This document shows, one piece after another, positions 14,251 to 26,595 of a stretch of 64,000 nt of DNA (position 1 is the stretch's first letter; every line of letters starts with the position of its first letter). The translations under genes and the position numbers were made by a program. The DNA is taken from positions 310,001 through 374,000 of the forward strand of contig VJWM01000003.1 of the NCBI GenBank assembly GCA_010909165.1. Direction: 5' to 3'. The notes beneath the pieces were generated by a model. That model saw only the letters and a program-made list of their open reading frames with translations. It searched no databases and was not told the DNA's origin. The DNA comes from Anthoceros angustus. Its lineage: Eukaryota > Plantae > Anthocerotophyta.

Positions 14251-15248
14251 TTTACAGGGCCTATGTGCAAGTATGCTTTTGGTTTTTGTTTTGATACGTA
14301 ATACTCTTTGCTGACTGTTGTTTACATTGTAGATAGGTTGTAAATTGCAATATAGAGGATATGTGTGTGTGCGATATATGGATATCTGAAATAAGGCACA
14401 CAAAGAAGAAAAAGACGATAGAGGTTCATCGAACGGTAGAAATCGACAGAACTCCAAAGTACTTACGCTTCCACTAGTTACTACCTCCAGTATTTCTTGG
14501 GATACTACATCTACACACCGATCTGAAAGGTTTATGTTGTTGCATGCCGGTGCTATGTATGCAACTGCTTCGTGCGGTGAACAAAACCGATGGACATTAG
14601 CAGAAATTATAGGTTTGTTTTTCTCCATGTTTTTATTTAACTCATATATACTTACATATGTTCCTTAATGTTTAGCCTACATGGCAGGGTCATGTTGCAT
14701 TTGCTATGGTCTTGGACATTTCACCATTTATGAGAAGTCGAAAGGCCACTAAGTGCCATATGAATTGGTGGTAGTTGTGAACATGTTGGAGAGTCTTCTA
14801 TGAGCTTTCCACGTTGTGGTTTACAAAATGATGATAAGGGGCATATGGTATAAAGTATCAGATAGCTTGGCAAAGAGAGAGACAGAGGAAATGGTACTTA
14901 TGGCAAAAGCATCCTTCGTATTTTATGAGCAAATAGTGATTTGGCCAATTTGCTCTACCCTTGCTCTTGCTCCCGCTCCTCCAATAATTTGTCGGTGTGT
15001 CGATGAGAACATTTTGTGCACTTAACATCAGAAATAGGCTCTTGGCAACTCATGCATTGTAGACAAATTTGAAGATTACATCCTTCGATCTGCAGATTCA
15101 AATATCAAGTGAATTTGACATAAAAGACCATAGCTATAGTGAATTTTACATGGAAAAAGTATCGTATACCTACCATAGCTCCCTCATTAGTTGGAATTGG
15201 CAGCAGAATGCTGCTGAAAGGCTCAAACTTGGTAGAAAATTGTTAGGG

Positions 15249-18200
15249 AACAATCATGTCAGAGAGAAGAAGGTGTGCACTCATGTAACATCTCATGGGA
15301 CTACTAAAACATCTCAATGCACTGCTGCATACTTTAAATTCTAACAAACCTTGTAATCGCACTCCAACATCCCATCGCTATTACGATGGTTTCTTGTAGT
15401 GGACACATATCCTCCTCTAACGATAGTGCATATGACACTCTTTTTCCAGCAGTATTGTCACATGCACAAGCAACTCTTCTGCATCCTGCAAAACAAAGTA
15501 CATCGGTCAAAATCTAAAGTGTAAAACAAGTAATTACAAATCTACATTATAATAACTTGTTGTTCGCTTATTTTGAACTCCAATGCACCTTGGAGACGGC
15601 AAATATAAGATTCAATAATCGTAACTTTTACCTCTGATGTCACTGTGGAGAGATCTATACATCAAAAACAATAGGCCAATTAGTTACACTTGGAACCTAC
15701 TCAAAACCTACAAATTATCTCTCCCCTCACCCTGCATTCACTAATTTATACCTCTAACAACACTTTTGTTAGATCCAAAGGGTCGGTAGTGACCTCATAT
15801 ATGGAAACGAAGAACCTTTGAAAGTTGTGGCAGCTTACAAGTGCCTTCCAAAACAACTTAGCAACCCATCAACAATTTCACCCGAACCTCACAAGCAGCC
15901 ATGGCATTCATGCAAGTATCATTCGTTCTCACCTGCAAAACAAAATGTAACACAGGTATCCGTTGTTGCGGAGGCAAGGTCGACAGTCTCTTCTATCACT
16001 TTGAGCGCCTTTACCAAGTTAGACTTTTTCAACTCCTTCGTCTTCACCTTGGTCTCGTTCATTAATGGCTCGGGCCAACTACAAGTGCAACACAGTGCTC
16101 CAACTCCACTCACATGATTTGTCAGTCTTGAAGATAAAATCGCTACAAAGGATTAGCACGGTAATGCCCAAACCCACGTAGCATGACAGCCACTTCCATA
16201 GCCCTGTCCCATTTGACAGATACATCCACAACAACGTGAGGTCATCAACCGAATGAAGAGCCACAACACCTTTAGCTATCTTCATAACGTAGATGCCAAC
16301 ATTGTGAACCTGACGGAAGACAAACCTTTAACCCGCCACTTCCAACAGCACAAACCTTCTCCCAACACCTAATATGGGGAAGCAAGAAATGACGCCATCA
16401 ACTAACCAAAATGTCAGTAGTATCATACTCTTGCTTCAACCAATCCGCAAGCTTCTATCGGGGAATGACCCCTTTTCTTTGGAGAGTATTTTGACTACTC
16501 TTGATTTGTAAAGATCTAGAAACTTGGCTATTGCTGATCTCTCATATAGTTCTTTTCCTGAAGCAAACATGTTTTGGACCCTTCCTTCGGACGGCGTGGG
16601 TCCTCCTCTTATCTCTTATCCGGGCGGTAGACTCATTCCCTTAGGGTTGTGGCCTCTTTCTCCCAGCACATAGATGCACGAGTCTTGAGAAAAGGTCCAA
16701 ATCATTTTACTGTATAAATGCCCTGTGAAGCGCAGCCTCGAAGGATTGTCCGATTGGATTCAGATATCTTCAGTTGTCAATCATTTTGTATATCTTGTAA
16801 CTTTTGTGAAGTTTACAGCGGAAGTGCAATCTTGCGGGAGTGTTCGATTGGATCCGGATACCTTTAGCAATCAATCATTTTGTACATCTTAAAACTATTG
16901 TGAAGTTTAATGCATAAGCCGACCGTTACTAGTTCCAAAGTAGAGAAAAGTGCAACTAGCTCTAGACCTGCTACTAATTAACATTGAAGTACAAAAGCGT
17001 GATAAATAACCCATTTTGCTCGAGTAGGGAGTGCTACAAACCTACAATTAAGGTGTTGCACTATCTTAATATTGCCCTTCGGCACATGCAATAAAATAAA
17101 GAACCATACATTAGAGATTAGTATAATTCTAGGTTATTTCTTCATTGTTTTATATCCTATAATTAATCCTATGCAAGGATTGATATTAAAAAAATGAAAA
17201 AATATAATTTTTTTTAATGAAATGCAGGGCAGCCTCCCGAAGTCGTTCAATGGGCTTCGGATGAACCTGCACTTTTGCGAATCCTAATGTGCGAAAACTT
17301 TTATGAACCCCAAAGTGTGAAGAACAATCATGTCGGAGAGAAGAAGGTGTGCACTCATGTAACATCTCATGGGACTACTAAAACATCTCAATGCCTGCTG
17401 CATACTTTAAATTCTAACAAACCTTGTCCAACATCCCATCGCTATTACGATGGTTTCTTGTAGTGGACACATATCCTCCTCTAACGATAGTGCATATGAC
17501 ACTCTTTTCCAGCGATTGTCACATGCACAAGCAACTCTGCATCACCAGACAAAGTACATCGGTCAAAATCTAAAGTGTAAAACAAGTAATTACAAATCTA
17601 CATTATAATAACTTGTTGTTGCTTATTTTGAACTCAATGCACCTTGGAGGCAAATATAAGATTCAATAATCGTAACTTTTACCTCGATGTCACCGTGGAG
17701 AGATCTATACATCAAAACAATAGGCCAATTAGTTACACTTGGAACCTACTCAAAACCTACAAATTATCTCTCCCTCACCTGCATTCACTAATTTATACCT
17801 CTAACAACACTTTTGTTAGATCCAAAGGGTCGGTGACCTCATATATGGAAACGAAGAACCTTTGAAAGTTGTGGCGACTTACAAGTGCCTTCCAAAACAA
17901 CTTAGCAACCCATCAACAATTTCACCCGAACCTCACAAGCTGACCATGGCATTCATGCAAGTATCATTCGTTCTCACCTGCAAAACAAAATGTAACACAG
18001 GTATCCGTTGTTGCGGAGGCAAGGTCGACAGTCTCTTCTATCACTTTGAGCGCCTTTACCAAGTTAGACTTTTTCAACTCCTTCGTCTTCACCTTGGTCT
18101 CGTTCATTAATGGCTCGGGCCAACTACAAGTGCAACACAGTGCTCCAACTCCACTCACATGATTTGTCAGTCTTGAAGATAAAATCGCTACAAAGGATTA

Positions 18201-19330
18201 GCACGGTAATGCCCAAACCCACGTAGCATGACAGCCACTTCCATAGCCCTGTCCCATTTGAGAGATACATCCACAACAACGTGAGGTCATCAACCGAATG
18301 AAGAGCCACAACACCTTTAGCTATCTTCATAACGTAGATGCCAACATTGTGAACTGACGGAAGACAAACCTTTAACCCGCCACTTCCAACAGACAAACCT
18401 TCTCCCAACACCTAATATGGGAAGCAAGAAATGACGCCATCAACTAACCAAAATGTCGTAGTATCATACTCTTGCTTCAACCAATCCAAGCTTCTATCGG
18501 GAATGACCCTTTTCTTTGGAGAGTATTTTGACTACTCTTGATTTGTAAAGATCTAGAAACTTGGCTATTCGATCTCTCATATAGTTCTTTTCTGAAGCAA
18601 ACATGTTTTGGACCCTTCCTTGACGATGGGTCCTCCTCTTATCTCTTATCCGGCGGTAGACTCATTCCCTTAGGGTTGTGGCCTCTTTCTCCCAGCACAT
18701 AGATGCACGAGTCTTGAGAAAAGGTCCAAATCATTTCTTGTATAAATGCCCTGTGAAGCGACCTCGAAGGATTGTCCGATTGGATTCGGATATCTTGATT
18801 GTCAATCATTTTGTATATCTTGTAACTTTTGTGAAGTTTACAGCGGAAGTGCAATCTTGGAGTGTTCGATTGGATCCGGATACCTTTAGCAATCAATCAT
18901 TTTGTACATCTTAAAACTATTGTGAAGTTTAATGCATAAGCCGACCGTTACTAGTTCCAAAGTAGAGAAAAGTGCAACTAGCTCTAGACCTGCTACTAAT
19001 TAACATTGAAGTACAAAAGCGTGATAAATAACCCATTTTGCTCGAGTAGGGAGTGCTACAAACCTACAATTAAGGTGTTGCACTATCTTAATATTGCCCT
19101 TCGGCACATGCAATAAAATAAAGAACCATACATTAGAGATTAGTATAATTCTAGGTTATTTCTTCATTGTTTTATATCCTATAATTAATCCTATGCAAGG
19201 ATTGATATTAAAAATGAAAAATATAATTTTTTAATGAAATGGGCAGCCTCAAGTCGTTCAATGGGCGGATGAACCTGCACTTTTGCGAATCCTAATGTGC
19301 GAAACTTTTATGAACCCCAAAGTGTGAAGA
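15249..19330. repeat. ~2.05-kb near-identical tandem duplication (copy A ~15249-17321, copy B ~17323-19330)
   Basis: Both copies start at AACAATCATGTC.GAGAGAAGAAGG and end at CCCCAAAGTGTGAAG; identical small ORFs (MSGVGALCCTC...) occur in both. Confidence 0.9.
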
Positions 19331-19633
19331 CTTTTATCAACCTTATGGTGCAAAGGAGGAGACAGATTGAGCAGGTTAGCCTAGTTTGTGTACATATATA
19401 CAAACTTTCATATTAAAAATCGGTTCAGATGAATATTGTATGAATTTCAGGATAGGAATCGGGCCATGTATGTAATCTACAAGCAGAACTAACACTTGCC
19501 CTTCAGCAAAGCAAAGTCTGCACCGCACACCTTGCTTGGTCTATGATTTCTGCTCTGGTGACTACAAAGTCGCAAGCGTTTCCAAGCTGTGCACGACCCA
19601 GCAGATCACTGGGCACCGGCTAGATCTTTCTTT

Positions 19634-19812
19634 TCACGACCTCACTGCCAACTGCTCAAAAACCTTACGTGCAGTTCTCAGATCACCACATTTTGCATAC
19701 ATGTCCACCAGGCAGGTGCCAACCAGTGGGATAGCCAGCAGTCCTCTCTCGACAATCTGTGAGTGGAGCTGCTTGCCCTTCTGTAAGGCACCAGCGCTAG
19801 CGCAGGCCTTCC
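19634..19812 (-). pseudogene. PPR gene fragment (one L-S motif pair) attached to a duplicate of the 3' flank of the first PPR gene
   Basis: KACASAGALQKGKQLHSQIVERGLLAIPLVGTCLVDMYAKCGDLRTARKVF is identical to the 20496-22781 gene; ~19015-19633 duplicates ~19858-20490. Confidence 0.8.
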
Positions 19813-20495
19813 GCTTGTGCAATCAGCCACTCCGCTTCACACATTCTGTCTCAAACCAAAAGCGTGATAAATAACCCATTTTGCTCGAGTAGGAGTGCTA
19901 CAAACCTACAATTAAGGTGTTGCACTATCTTAATATTGCCCTTGCACATGCAATAAAATAAAGAACCATACATTAGAGATTAGTATAATTCTAGGTTATT
20001 TCTTCATTGTTTTATATCCTATAATTAATCCTATGCAAGGATTGATATTAAAAAAATGAAAAAATATAATTTTTTTTAATGAAATGCAGGGCAGCCTCCC
20101 GAAGTCGTTCAATGGGCTTCGGATGAACCTGCACTTTTGCGAATCCTAATGTGCGAAAACTTTTATGAACCCCAAAGTGTGAAGACTTTTATCAACCTTA
20201 TGGTGCAAAGGAGGAGACAGATTGAGCAGGTTAGCCTAGTTTGTGTACATATATACAAACTTTCATATTAAAAATCGGTTCAGATGAATATTGTATGAAT
20301 TTCGGGATAGGAATCGGGCCATGTATGTAATCTACAAGCAGAACTAACACTTGCCCTTCAGCAAAGCAAAGTCTGCACCGCACACCTTGCTTGGTCTATG
20401 ATTTCTGCTCTGGTGACTACAAAGTCGCAAGCGTTTCCAAGCTGTGCACGACCCAGCAGATCACTGGGCACCGGCTAGATCTTTCTTTTTCATTC

Positions 20496-22781
20496 TCACG
20501 GTCGACCCTTACAACTGCAACAACCAGCTTCAAACCGATGCACACGGTAACCATCCCTTACAACAATGTCTCTCTTTTCAACCCTTGACATGATCTCGGT
20601 GGAACTATGGCAGTCACTGCACATACGTAGATTCTTCGTTACCAGCAGAGGTGTGCCACTTGGAGTGTTCAAGAGACCATACGCCAGAGCTAACTTCTCA
20701 GCATGCCCACAAAGCGCGTCTTCCTTTTCCTTCTCAGACACTGGCTTCAAAACCAACTGAGTGTGTGCTACGTGGCCCCCTTCCTGCTTCAAACGTGCAT
20801 TCGTGCTCTCTACCTTGAGCGCAATATCATCTCTGTTGTCTCCCACTACAAATGTGTGTACCTGCTTCTTCACCTCAATGCCCGCCACTGCAGGCTTCTT
20901 CTTAGCTCCTGCTGCTATTCTCTGTGTTTCAATCCTGTCCACATCGGTCCACATACCTGCATCTGCATAGGCATTCGCCATCAGCACGTATGCGGATGCC
21001 TGCTGAGGCTCCAGTCTAACAAGGCTTTCAAAACACCGAGTAGCCCTTTCTATATCCCCGTAACTTTTGCAGGCATTCAGCAAAGACCTCAACCCCACAA
21101 CATCACTTTCGCCCTCACAGGATAATAGGATGTTCTCTGCCTCATCTAGATGGCCTGCACGGCCAAGTAGATCAATCATGCAACTGTAATGCTTCATAGT
21201 AGGTTTGACGCCATACTGTTCAACCATGGAACTGAAGTGCTTCCGACCCTCATTCACCAGTCCCTCGTGACTGCATGCTCCTAAAATGGAAGTAAACGTG
21301 GTATCATCAGGCTGAATACCAGCGACCAACATCTCCTCAAAACAAGCTAGTGCCTTGTGACCTTCATCACAAGCACCACACCCAGATATCAGGGCATTCC
21401 ATGTCACGACATCCTTTGTGGCCAAGCTGTCAAAAACCTTACGTGCAGTTCTCAGATCACCACATTTCGCGTACATGTCCACCAGGCAGGTGCCAACCAG
21501 TGGGATAGCCAGCAGTCCTCTCTCGACAATCTGTGAGTGGAGCTGCTTGCCCTTCTGTAAGGCACCAGCGCTAGCGCAGGCCTTCAGAAGGCCAGCAAAA
21601 GTGACAAAGTCAGCCACAATCACGCCCTCCTGTTCCATTTGTTCAAACAGAACAAGCGCCTCCTGACCGAGCCCTTGCTGTGCATACCCAGCAATCAGGG
21701 CATTCCATGTCACCACATCCTTTCTGGCCAAGCTATCAAAAACCTGGCGTGCATCTTCCAGTTTGCCACATTTTGCATACATGTCCACCAGGCAGTTGCT
21801 GACAAACAAGTCAGGAGGAATGCCGCTGTGCAACACATCAGAGTGCACTTTTCTGCCAGATTCCAAGTCCGCAGCAAGTGCACAAGCTTGAAGGGCAGCC
21901 AAAAAGACGTGGGCATCCGCCTTCAAACCTGAGCCACACATCTCATGGTACAATTGTATAGCCTCCTTAGGCTTCCCATGTTTAGAATGGGCAGAAATTA
22001 TGGAACTCCACATGAAGACATCTGGTTTGCCTACCCTGGTGAACACATCCATGGCCTCCTGCAGCCTACCTCCACATGCGTACATGCGCAAGATATGGTT
22101 CCCCAAGTATGTATTTGACTCGTACCCGAGTTTGACACACAGATCATGAACTCGTCGCCCCACAACGAGATCCTTTTTAGCTACACACACTTTTAGCACA
22201 GCATACAACAGAAACCGAGAAATAGGACGGTCTGCCTGCACCAGAGATTCCAGTGCTGCAAAGGCCTCAGTAAGCTGACCCTGCTGACATAAGGTGTTCA
22301 CGGTTCCTCCCGTTACCACGCCCATTTCCGATCCTGCACGGCTGCCAGGCTTACCCCGAAAGCTGCATTTAGAAGGAGAAGCACCATGACCCTTCTGCAT
22401 ATCCCAAGAAACGAGCTGCTCATCAACCCAAGCTGGCGTGACTTTGTTGTTTAACCAGAGGACCTCACCGGACCCCTTATGCCGAAAGTCAGGCGAACGA
22501 GAGTGCTTCTTATCTCGCCTGTTGTCCCACCACATGGATGGGTCCAGGAAAAACTGACGCCATAAGAGCTCATGCTCCTGGCGGCAACCATGGCTGGAAA
22601 ATCCTTCCCGAGCTCCATGTTTTGTAGGAATTGCTGGATTCGTTACAGTGCTGCTGGAGGCTTGTTTGTATGCCAAAGGTTGACTCCCTCCCGTGTGGTG
22701 AGCAGGAGCTCCTCGTACAATCCCTGTGCATCCATCAATTTGTTGGGTCCACAACGAATCTGGTGGCGATAATGTGGACAT
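20496..22781 (-). CDS. PLS-class PPR protein with N-terminal OSB-type PDF motif, 11 PPR motifs, E1-E2 and DYW:KP (GRP) deaminase domain; candidate U-to-C editing factor
   Basis: Intronless 761-aa ORF; WWDNR..PDFRHK..LWL..P.WV; L-S-P-L-S-P-L-S-P2-L2-S2; KKPAVAGIEV, HAEKLA..CSDCH, ends CSCKGRP. Confidence 0.95.
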   Translation of the reverse strand: MSTLSPPDSLWTQQIDGCTGIVRGAPAHHTGGSQPLAYKQASSSTVTNPAIPTKHGAREGFSSHGCRQEHELLWRQFFLDPSMWWDNRRDKKHSRSPDFRHKGSGEVLWLNNKVTPAWVDEQLVSWDMQKGHGASPSKCSFRGKPGSRAGSEMGVVTGGTVNTLCQQGQLTEAFAALESLVQADRPISRFLLYAVLKVCVAKKDLVVGRRVHDLCVKLGYESNTYLGNHILRMYACGGRLQEAMDVFTRVGKPDVFMWSSIISAHSKHGKPKEAIQLYHEMCGSGLKADAHVFLAALQACALAADLESGRKVHSDVLHSGIPPDLFVSNCLVDMYAKCGKLEDARQVFDSLARKDVVTWNALIAGYAQQGLGQEALVLFEQMEQEGVIVADFVTFAGLLKACASAGALQKGKQLHSQIVERGLLAIPLVGTCLVDMYAKCGDLRTARKVFDSLATKDVVTWNALISGCGACDEGHKALACFEEMLVAGIQPDDTTFTSILGACSHEGLVNEGRKHFSSMVEQYGVKPTMKHYSCMIDLLGRAGHLDEAENILLSCEGESDVVGLRSLLNACKSYGDIERATRCFESLVRLEPQQASAYVLMANAYADAGMWTDVDRIETQRIAAGAKKKPAVAGIEVKKQVHTFVVGDNRDDIALKVESTNARLKQEGGHVAHTQLVLKPVSEKEKEDALCGHAEKLALAYGLLNTPSGTPLLVTKNLRMCSDCHSSTEIMSRVEKRDIVVRDGYRVHRFEAGCCSCKGRP

Positions 22782-23268
22782 CTTACAGGCACCGCTCCCG
22801 GAAGATGAGACGCATCGCGCACTATGCAGGCTATAGCAGGATGCATAGGTTCTGAGGTGTGCATCAACACACCACCCTCACAAGCAGCGTGCAATAGCTC
22901 GATCGCAAACTAAGCGAGGATTATGAGGGAAATGCAAATGAAAGATTCACTGTTTTACTTTGTTAGCATGGTCATCAGATGCCAAGAGATCTACAAGTTC
23001 CAACGCTACGCATTCGAGCTATCGAGGCATGTTCAGATGCCGTAACCATGCCCCATCCCCTTCACCATTCGCCTTTCACCTCCAAATGAGGTTGGGGTGC
23101 ATGTTCTAGGTGGTAACGCGAGTTGTAGTGCTTGTACAATGGACCCCCACGGATAGGGCTTAGATCCAATGGGGTAGGATCCAGGCGTAAAGTAGCAGGC
23201 GTTCCTAAGGTATGTCGGGATCAAGCGATCAAGCTCATCGCTGATGAGAACAGTTTAGGTCCTTCATC

Positions 23269-26200
23269 TCACGGTCGGCCCTTACAACTGCAACAACCAG
23301 CTGCAAACCGATGCACACGGTACCCATCCCTGACAACAATGTCCCTCTTTTCAACCCTTGACATGATCTCCGTGGAACTGTGGCAGTCATTGCACATGCG
23401 TAGATTCTTTGTCACCAGCAGAGGTGTGCCACTCGGAGTGTTCAAGAGACCATACGCCAGAGCTAGCTTCTCAGCATGCCCGCAAAGCGCGTCTTCCTTT
23501 TCCTTCTCAGACACTGGCTTCAAAACCAACTGAGTGTGTGGTACGTGGCCACCTTCCTGCTTGAGACGTGCATTCATGCTCTCTACCTTAAGCACAATAT
23601 CATCTCTGTTGTCTCCCACCACAAATGTATGTACCTCCTGGTTCACCTCAATGCCCGCCACTGCAGGTTTCTTCTTAGCTCCTGCTGACAGTCTCTGTGT
23701 TTCAATCCTGTCTACATCGGTCCACCTCCCTGCATCTGCGTAGGCATTGGCCATGAGCACATACGCAGACGCACCCTGAGGTTCTAGTCTAACCAGACTT
23801 TCAAAGCACCAAGTCGCCCTCTCTATATCCCCATGACTTTTGCAGGCATTCAGCAAAGTCGTCAACCCCACAACATTCCGTTGGCTCTCACATGATAGTA
23901 GCATCTTTCCTGCCTCATCTAAACGGCCTGCGCGCCCAAGGAGATCAATCATGCAATTATAATGCTCAGTAGTAGGTTTAATGCCGTGCTGTTCAACCAT
24001 GGAATTGAAGTGCATGTAACCCTCATTCACCAGTCCCTCATGACTGCATGCTACTAGAAGACAAGTAAAAGTGGCGTCATCAGGCTGAATACCGGCGACC
24101 ACCATCTCCTCAAAACAAGCTAGAGCCTTGCGACCTTCATCACAAGAACCAAACCCAGCTATCAGGGCATTCCATGTCACCACATCCTTGGTTTCCAAGC
24201 TGTCGAAAACACGTCGTGCCTCTTCCAGTTCACCACATTTTGCATACATGTCCACCAGGCAGGTGCTAACCAGGACGTCATCTAGCAGTCCTCTTTCCAC
24301 AATCTGTGAGTGCAGTTGCCTGCCCTTCTGTAAGGCACAAGCGCTTGCACAGGCCTTCAGAAGGCCAGCAAAAGTAACATGGTCAGCCACAATTAGGCCC
24401 TCCTGCCCCATTTTTTCATGCAGAACAAGCGCCTCTTGACTGAGCCCTTGCTGTGCATACCCAGAAATCAATGCATTCCATGTCACAACGTTCTTTTTGG
24501 TCAAGCTATCAAAAACCACACGGGCATCTTCTAGTTCGCCACATTTTGCATACATGTCCACCAGGCAGGTGCCAACCAGTGTGTCATCTAGCAGTCCTCT
24601 TTCCACTATCTGTGAGTGCAGCTGTCTGCCCTTCTGTAGGGCACCAGTGCTTGCACAGGACTTCAGAAGGCAAGCAAAAGTAACATCGTCAGCCACAATC
24701 AGGTCCTCCTCCTCCATTTGTCCATACAGAGAAAGCGCCTCTTGGCCAAGCCCTTGTTGTGCATACCCAACCATAAGAGCATTCCATGTCACCACATCCT
24801 TTGTGGCCAAGCTGTTAAAGACTCTTCGTGCGTCTCCCAGTTCACCACATTTTGCATACATATCGACCAAGCAGTTTCCAACCACTAAGTTATCTAGCAG
24901 TCCACTTTCCACAATCTGTGAGTGCAGCTGCCTGCCCTTCTGTAAGGCACCAGTGTTTGCACAGGCCTTCAGAAGGCAAGCGAACGTAACATGGTCAGCA
25001 ACCATCAGGCCCTCCTCCTGCATTTGTCCATACAGGACAAGCGCCTCTTGGACGAACCCTTGTCGTGCGTACCCAGCAACCAAGGCCGTCCATGTCACCA
25101 CATCCTTTGTGGCTAAGCTGTCAAAAACACTGCGCGCCTCTTCCAGTTCACCACATTTTGCATACATGTCCACCAGGCTGGTGCCAACCAGTCTGTTCTC
25201 TAGCAGTCCTCTTTCCACAATCTGTACGTGGAGCTGCCTGCCCTTCTGTAAGGCACCAGCGCTTGCACAGGCCTTGAGAAGACAAGCAAACGTAACATGG
25301 TCAGCCACAACCAGACCCTCCTCCTCCATTTGTTCATACAGAACAAGCGCATCTCGGCCACGCCCTTGTTGTGCATACCCAGCAATCAGGGCCGTCCATG
25401 TTACCACATCCTTTGTGGCCAGGCTGTCAAAAAGCTTGCGCGCCTCTTCCAGTTCCTCACGTTTTACGTATCCTGCAATCAGGGCATTCCATGTCACCAC
25501 ATTCTTTATGGGCAAGCTATCAAAAAGCCGGCGTGCATCTTCCAGCTTCCCACATTTAGCATACCCAGCAATCAAGGAATTCCCAGTCACCACATTCTTC
25601 GTGGCCAAGCTATCAAAAACCCGGTGTGCATCTTCCAGTTTGCCACATTTTGCATACATGTCCACCAGCGAGTTGCTGATAAACAAGTTGAGAGGAATGC
25701 CACTGTGCAATACATCATGGTGTACTTTCCTGCCAGATTCCAAGTCTGCAACAAGTGTACAAGCTTGAAGGGCAGCTACAAAGACATGAGCGTCCGCCTT
25801 CAAACCTGAGCTATGCATATCATGGTACAGTTTTATAGCCTCTTTAGGTCTCCCATGTTTAGCATGTGCAGACATTATAGAACTCCACATGAAGGCATCT
25901 GGTTTCCCCACCCTGGTGAACACATCCATGGCCTCCTGTAGCCTACCTCCACATGCATACATGCGCAAGATATGGTTCCCCAAATACGTATTTGACTCGT
26001 ACCCAAGTTTGACACACAGATCATGAACTCGTCGCCCCACAACCAGATCCTTTTTAGCTGCACACACTTTTAGCACAGTACACAACAGAGACTCAGAAAC
26101 AGGACAGTCTGTCTGCGCCAGAGATTCCAGGGCTCCAAAGGCCTCAGTAAGCTTCCCCTGCTGACATAACGTGCTCACGTTGCTAGGAGAGGCACCAACA

Positions 26201-26595
26201 CCCATCTGAATATCCCAAGAAACAAGCTGCTCATCCACCCAAGCTGGCTTGAACAAGCTGTTTAACCAGAGGACCTCGCCGGACCCCTTACGCCGGAAGT
26301 CAGGCGCATGGGAGCTCCTCTTATCTCGCCTGTTGTCCAACCACAGGGAAGGGTCGAGAAAAAATTGTTGCCACAATAGATCCTGCTCCTGGCGACGACC
26401 ATCGCTGGAAAGTGGTTCCTCAGCCACACATTTTGTCGGAAGTGCTGAGTTCCTTACACTGCTGCACCTGGAGACTTCGTTGTATGCCAGCGGTTGGCTC
26501 CCTGCGGTGAGGTGAGCGGGAGATCCTCGTAGAATCCCTGTACACCCACCAATTTGTTGGCTCAAACACAAATCCGGTTGCCACACTATGGCCAT
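23269..26595 (-). CDS. PDF-motif PLS-PPR DYW:KP (GRP) protein, 22 PPR motifs
   Basis: Intronless ORF; ATG at 26595 aligns with the paralog start (the track begins at GTG 26604); WLDNR..PDFRRK..LWL; two SS motifs; HAEKLA..CNDCH..CSCKGRP. Confidence 0.95.
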   Translation of the reverse strand: MAIVWQPDLCLSQQIGGCTGILRGSPAHLTAGSQPLAYNEVSRCSSVRNSALPTKCVAEEPLSSDGRRQEQDLLWQQFFLDPSLWLDNRRDKRSSHAPDFRRKGSGEVLWLNSLFKPAWVDEQLVSWDIQMGVGASPSNVSTLCQQGKLTEAFGALESLAQTDCPVSESLLCTVLKVCAAKKDLVVGRRVHDLCVKLGYESNTYLGNHILRMYACGGRLQEAMDVFTRVGKPDAFMWSSIMSAHAKHGRPKEAIKLYHDMHSSGLKADAHVFVAALQACTLVADLESGRKVHHDVLHSGIPLNLFISNSLVDMYAKCGKLEDAHRVFDSLATKNVVTGNSLIAGYAKCGKLEDARRLFDSLPIKNVVTWNALIAGYVKREELEEARKLFDSLATKDVVTWTALIAGYAQQGRGRDALVLYEQMEEEGLVVADHVTFACLLKACASAGALQKGRQLHVQIVERGLLENRLVGTSLVDMYAKCGELEEARSVFDSLATKDVVTWTALVAGYARQGFVQEALVLYGQMQEEGLMVADHVTFACLLKACANTGALQKGRQLHSQIVESGLLDNLVVGNCLVDMYAKCGELGDARRVFNSLATKDVVTWNALMVGYAQQGLGQEALSLYGQMEEEDLIVADDVTFACLLKSCASTGALQKGRQLHSQIVERGLLDDTLVGTCLVDMYAKCGELEDARVVFDSLTKKNVVTWNALISGYAQQGLSQEALVLHEKMGQEGLIVADHVTFAGLLKACASACALQKGRQLHSQIVERGLLDDVLVSTCLVDMYAKCGELEEARRVFDSLETKDVVTWNALIAGFGSCDEGRKALACFEEMVVAGIQPDDATFTCLLVACSHEGLVNEGYMHFNSMVEQHGIKPTTEHYNCMIDLLGRAGRLDEAGKMLLSCESQRNVVGLTTLLNACKSHGDIERATWCFESLVRLEPQGASAYVLMANAYADAGRWTDVDRIETQRLSAGAKKKPAVAGIEVNQEVHTFVVGDNRDDIVLKVESMNARLKQEGGHVPHTQLVLKPVSEKEKEDALCGHAEKLALAYGLLNTPSGTPLLVTKNLRMCNDCHSSTEIMSRVEKRDIVVRDGYRVHRFAAGCCSCKGRP

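Noticed and set aside
14239-18411. Small ORFs within the AT-rich and duplicated block
   Set aside because: No family recognised and no consistent exon chain; identity between copies only reflects the duplication.
24497-25768. 423-aa + strand ORF, and similar ones at 29640-30302 and 21418-21666
   Set aside because: Antisense shadows of the repetitive PPR frame; no independent coding signal.
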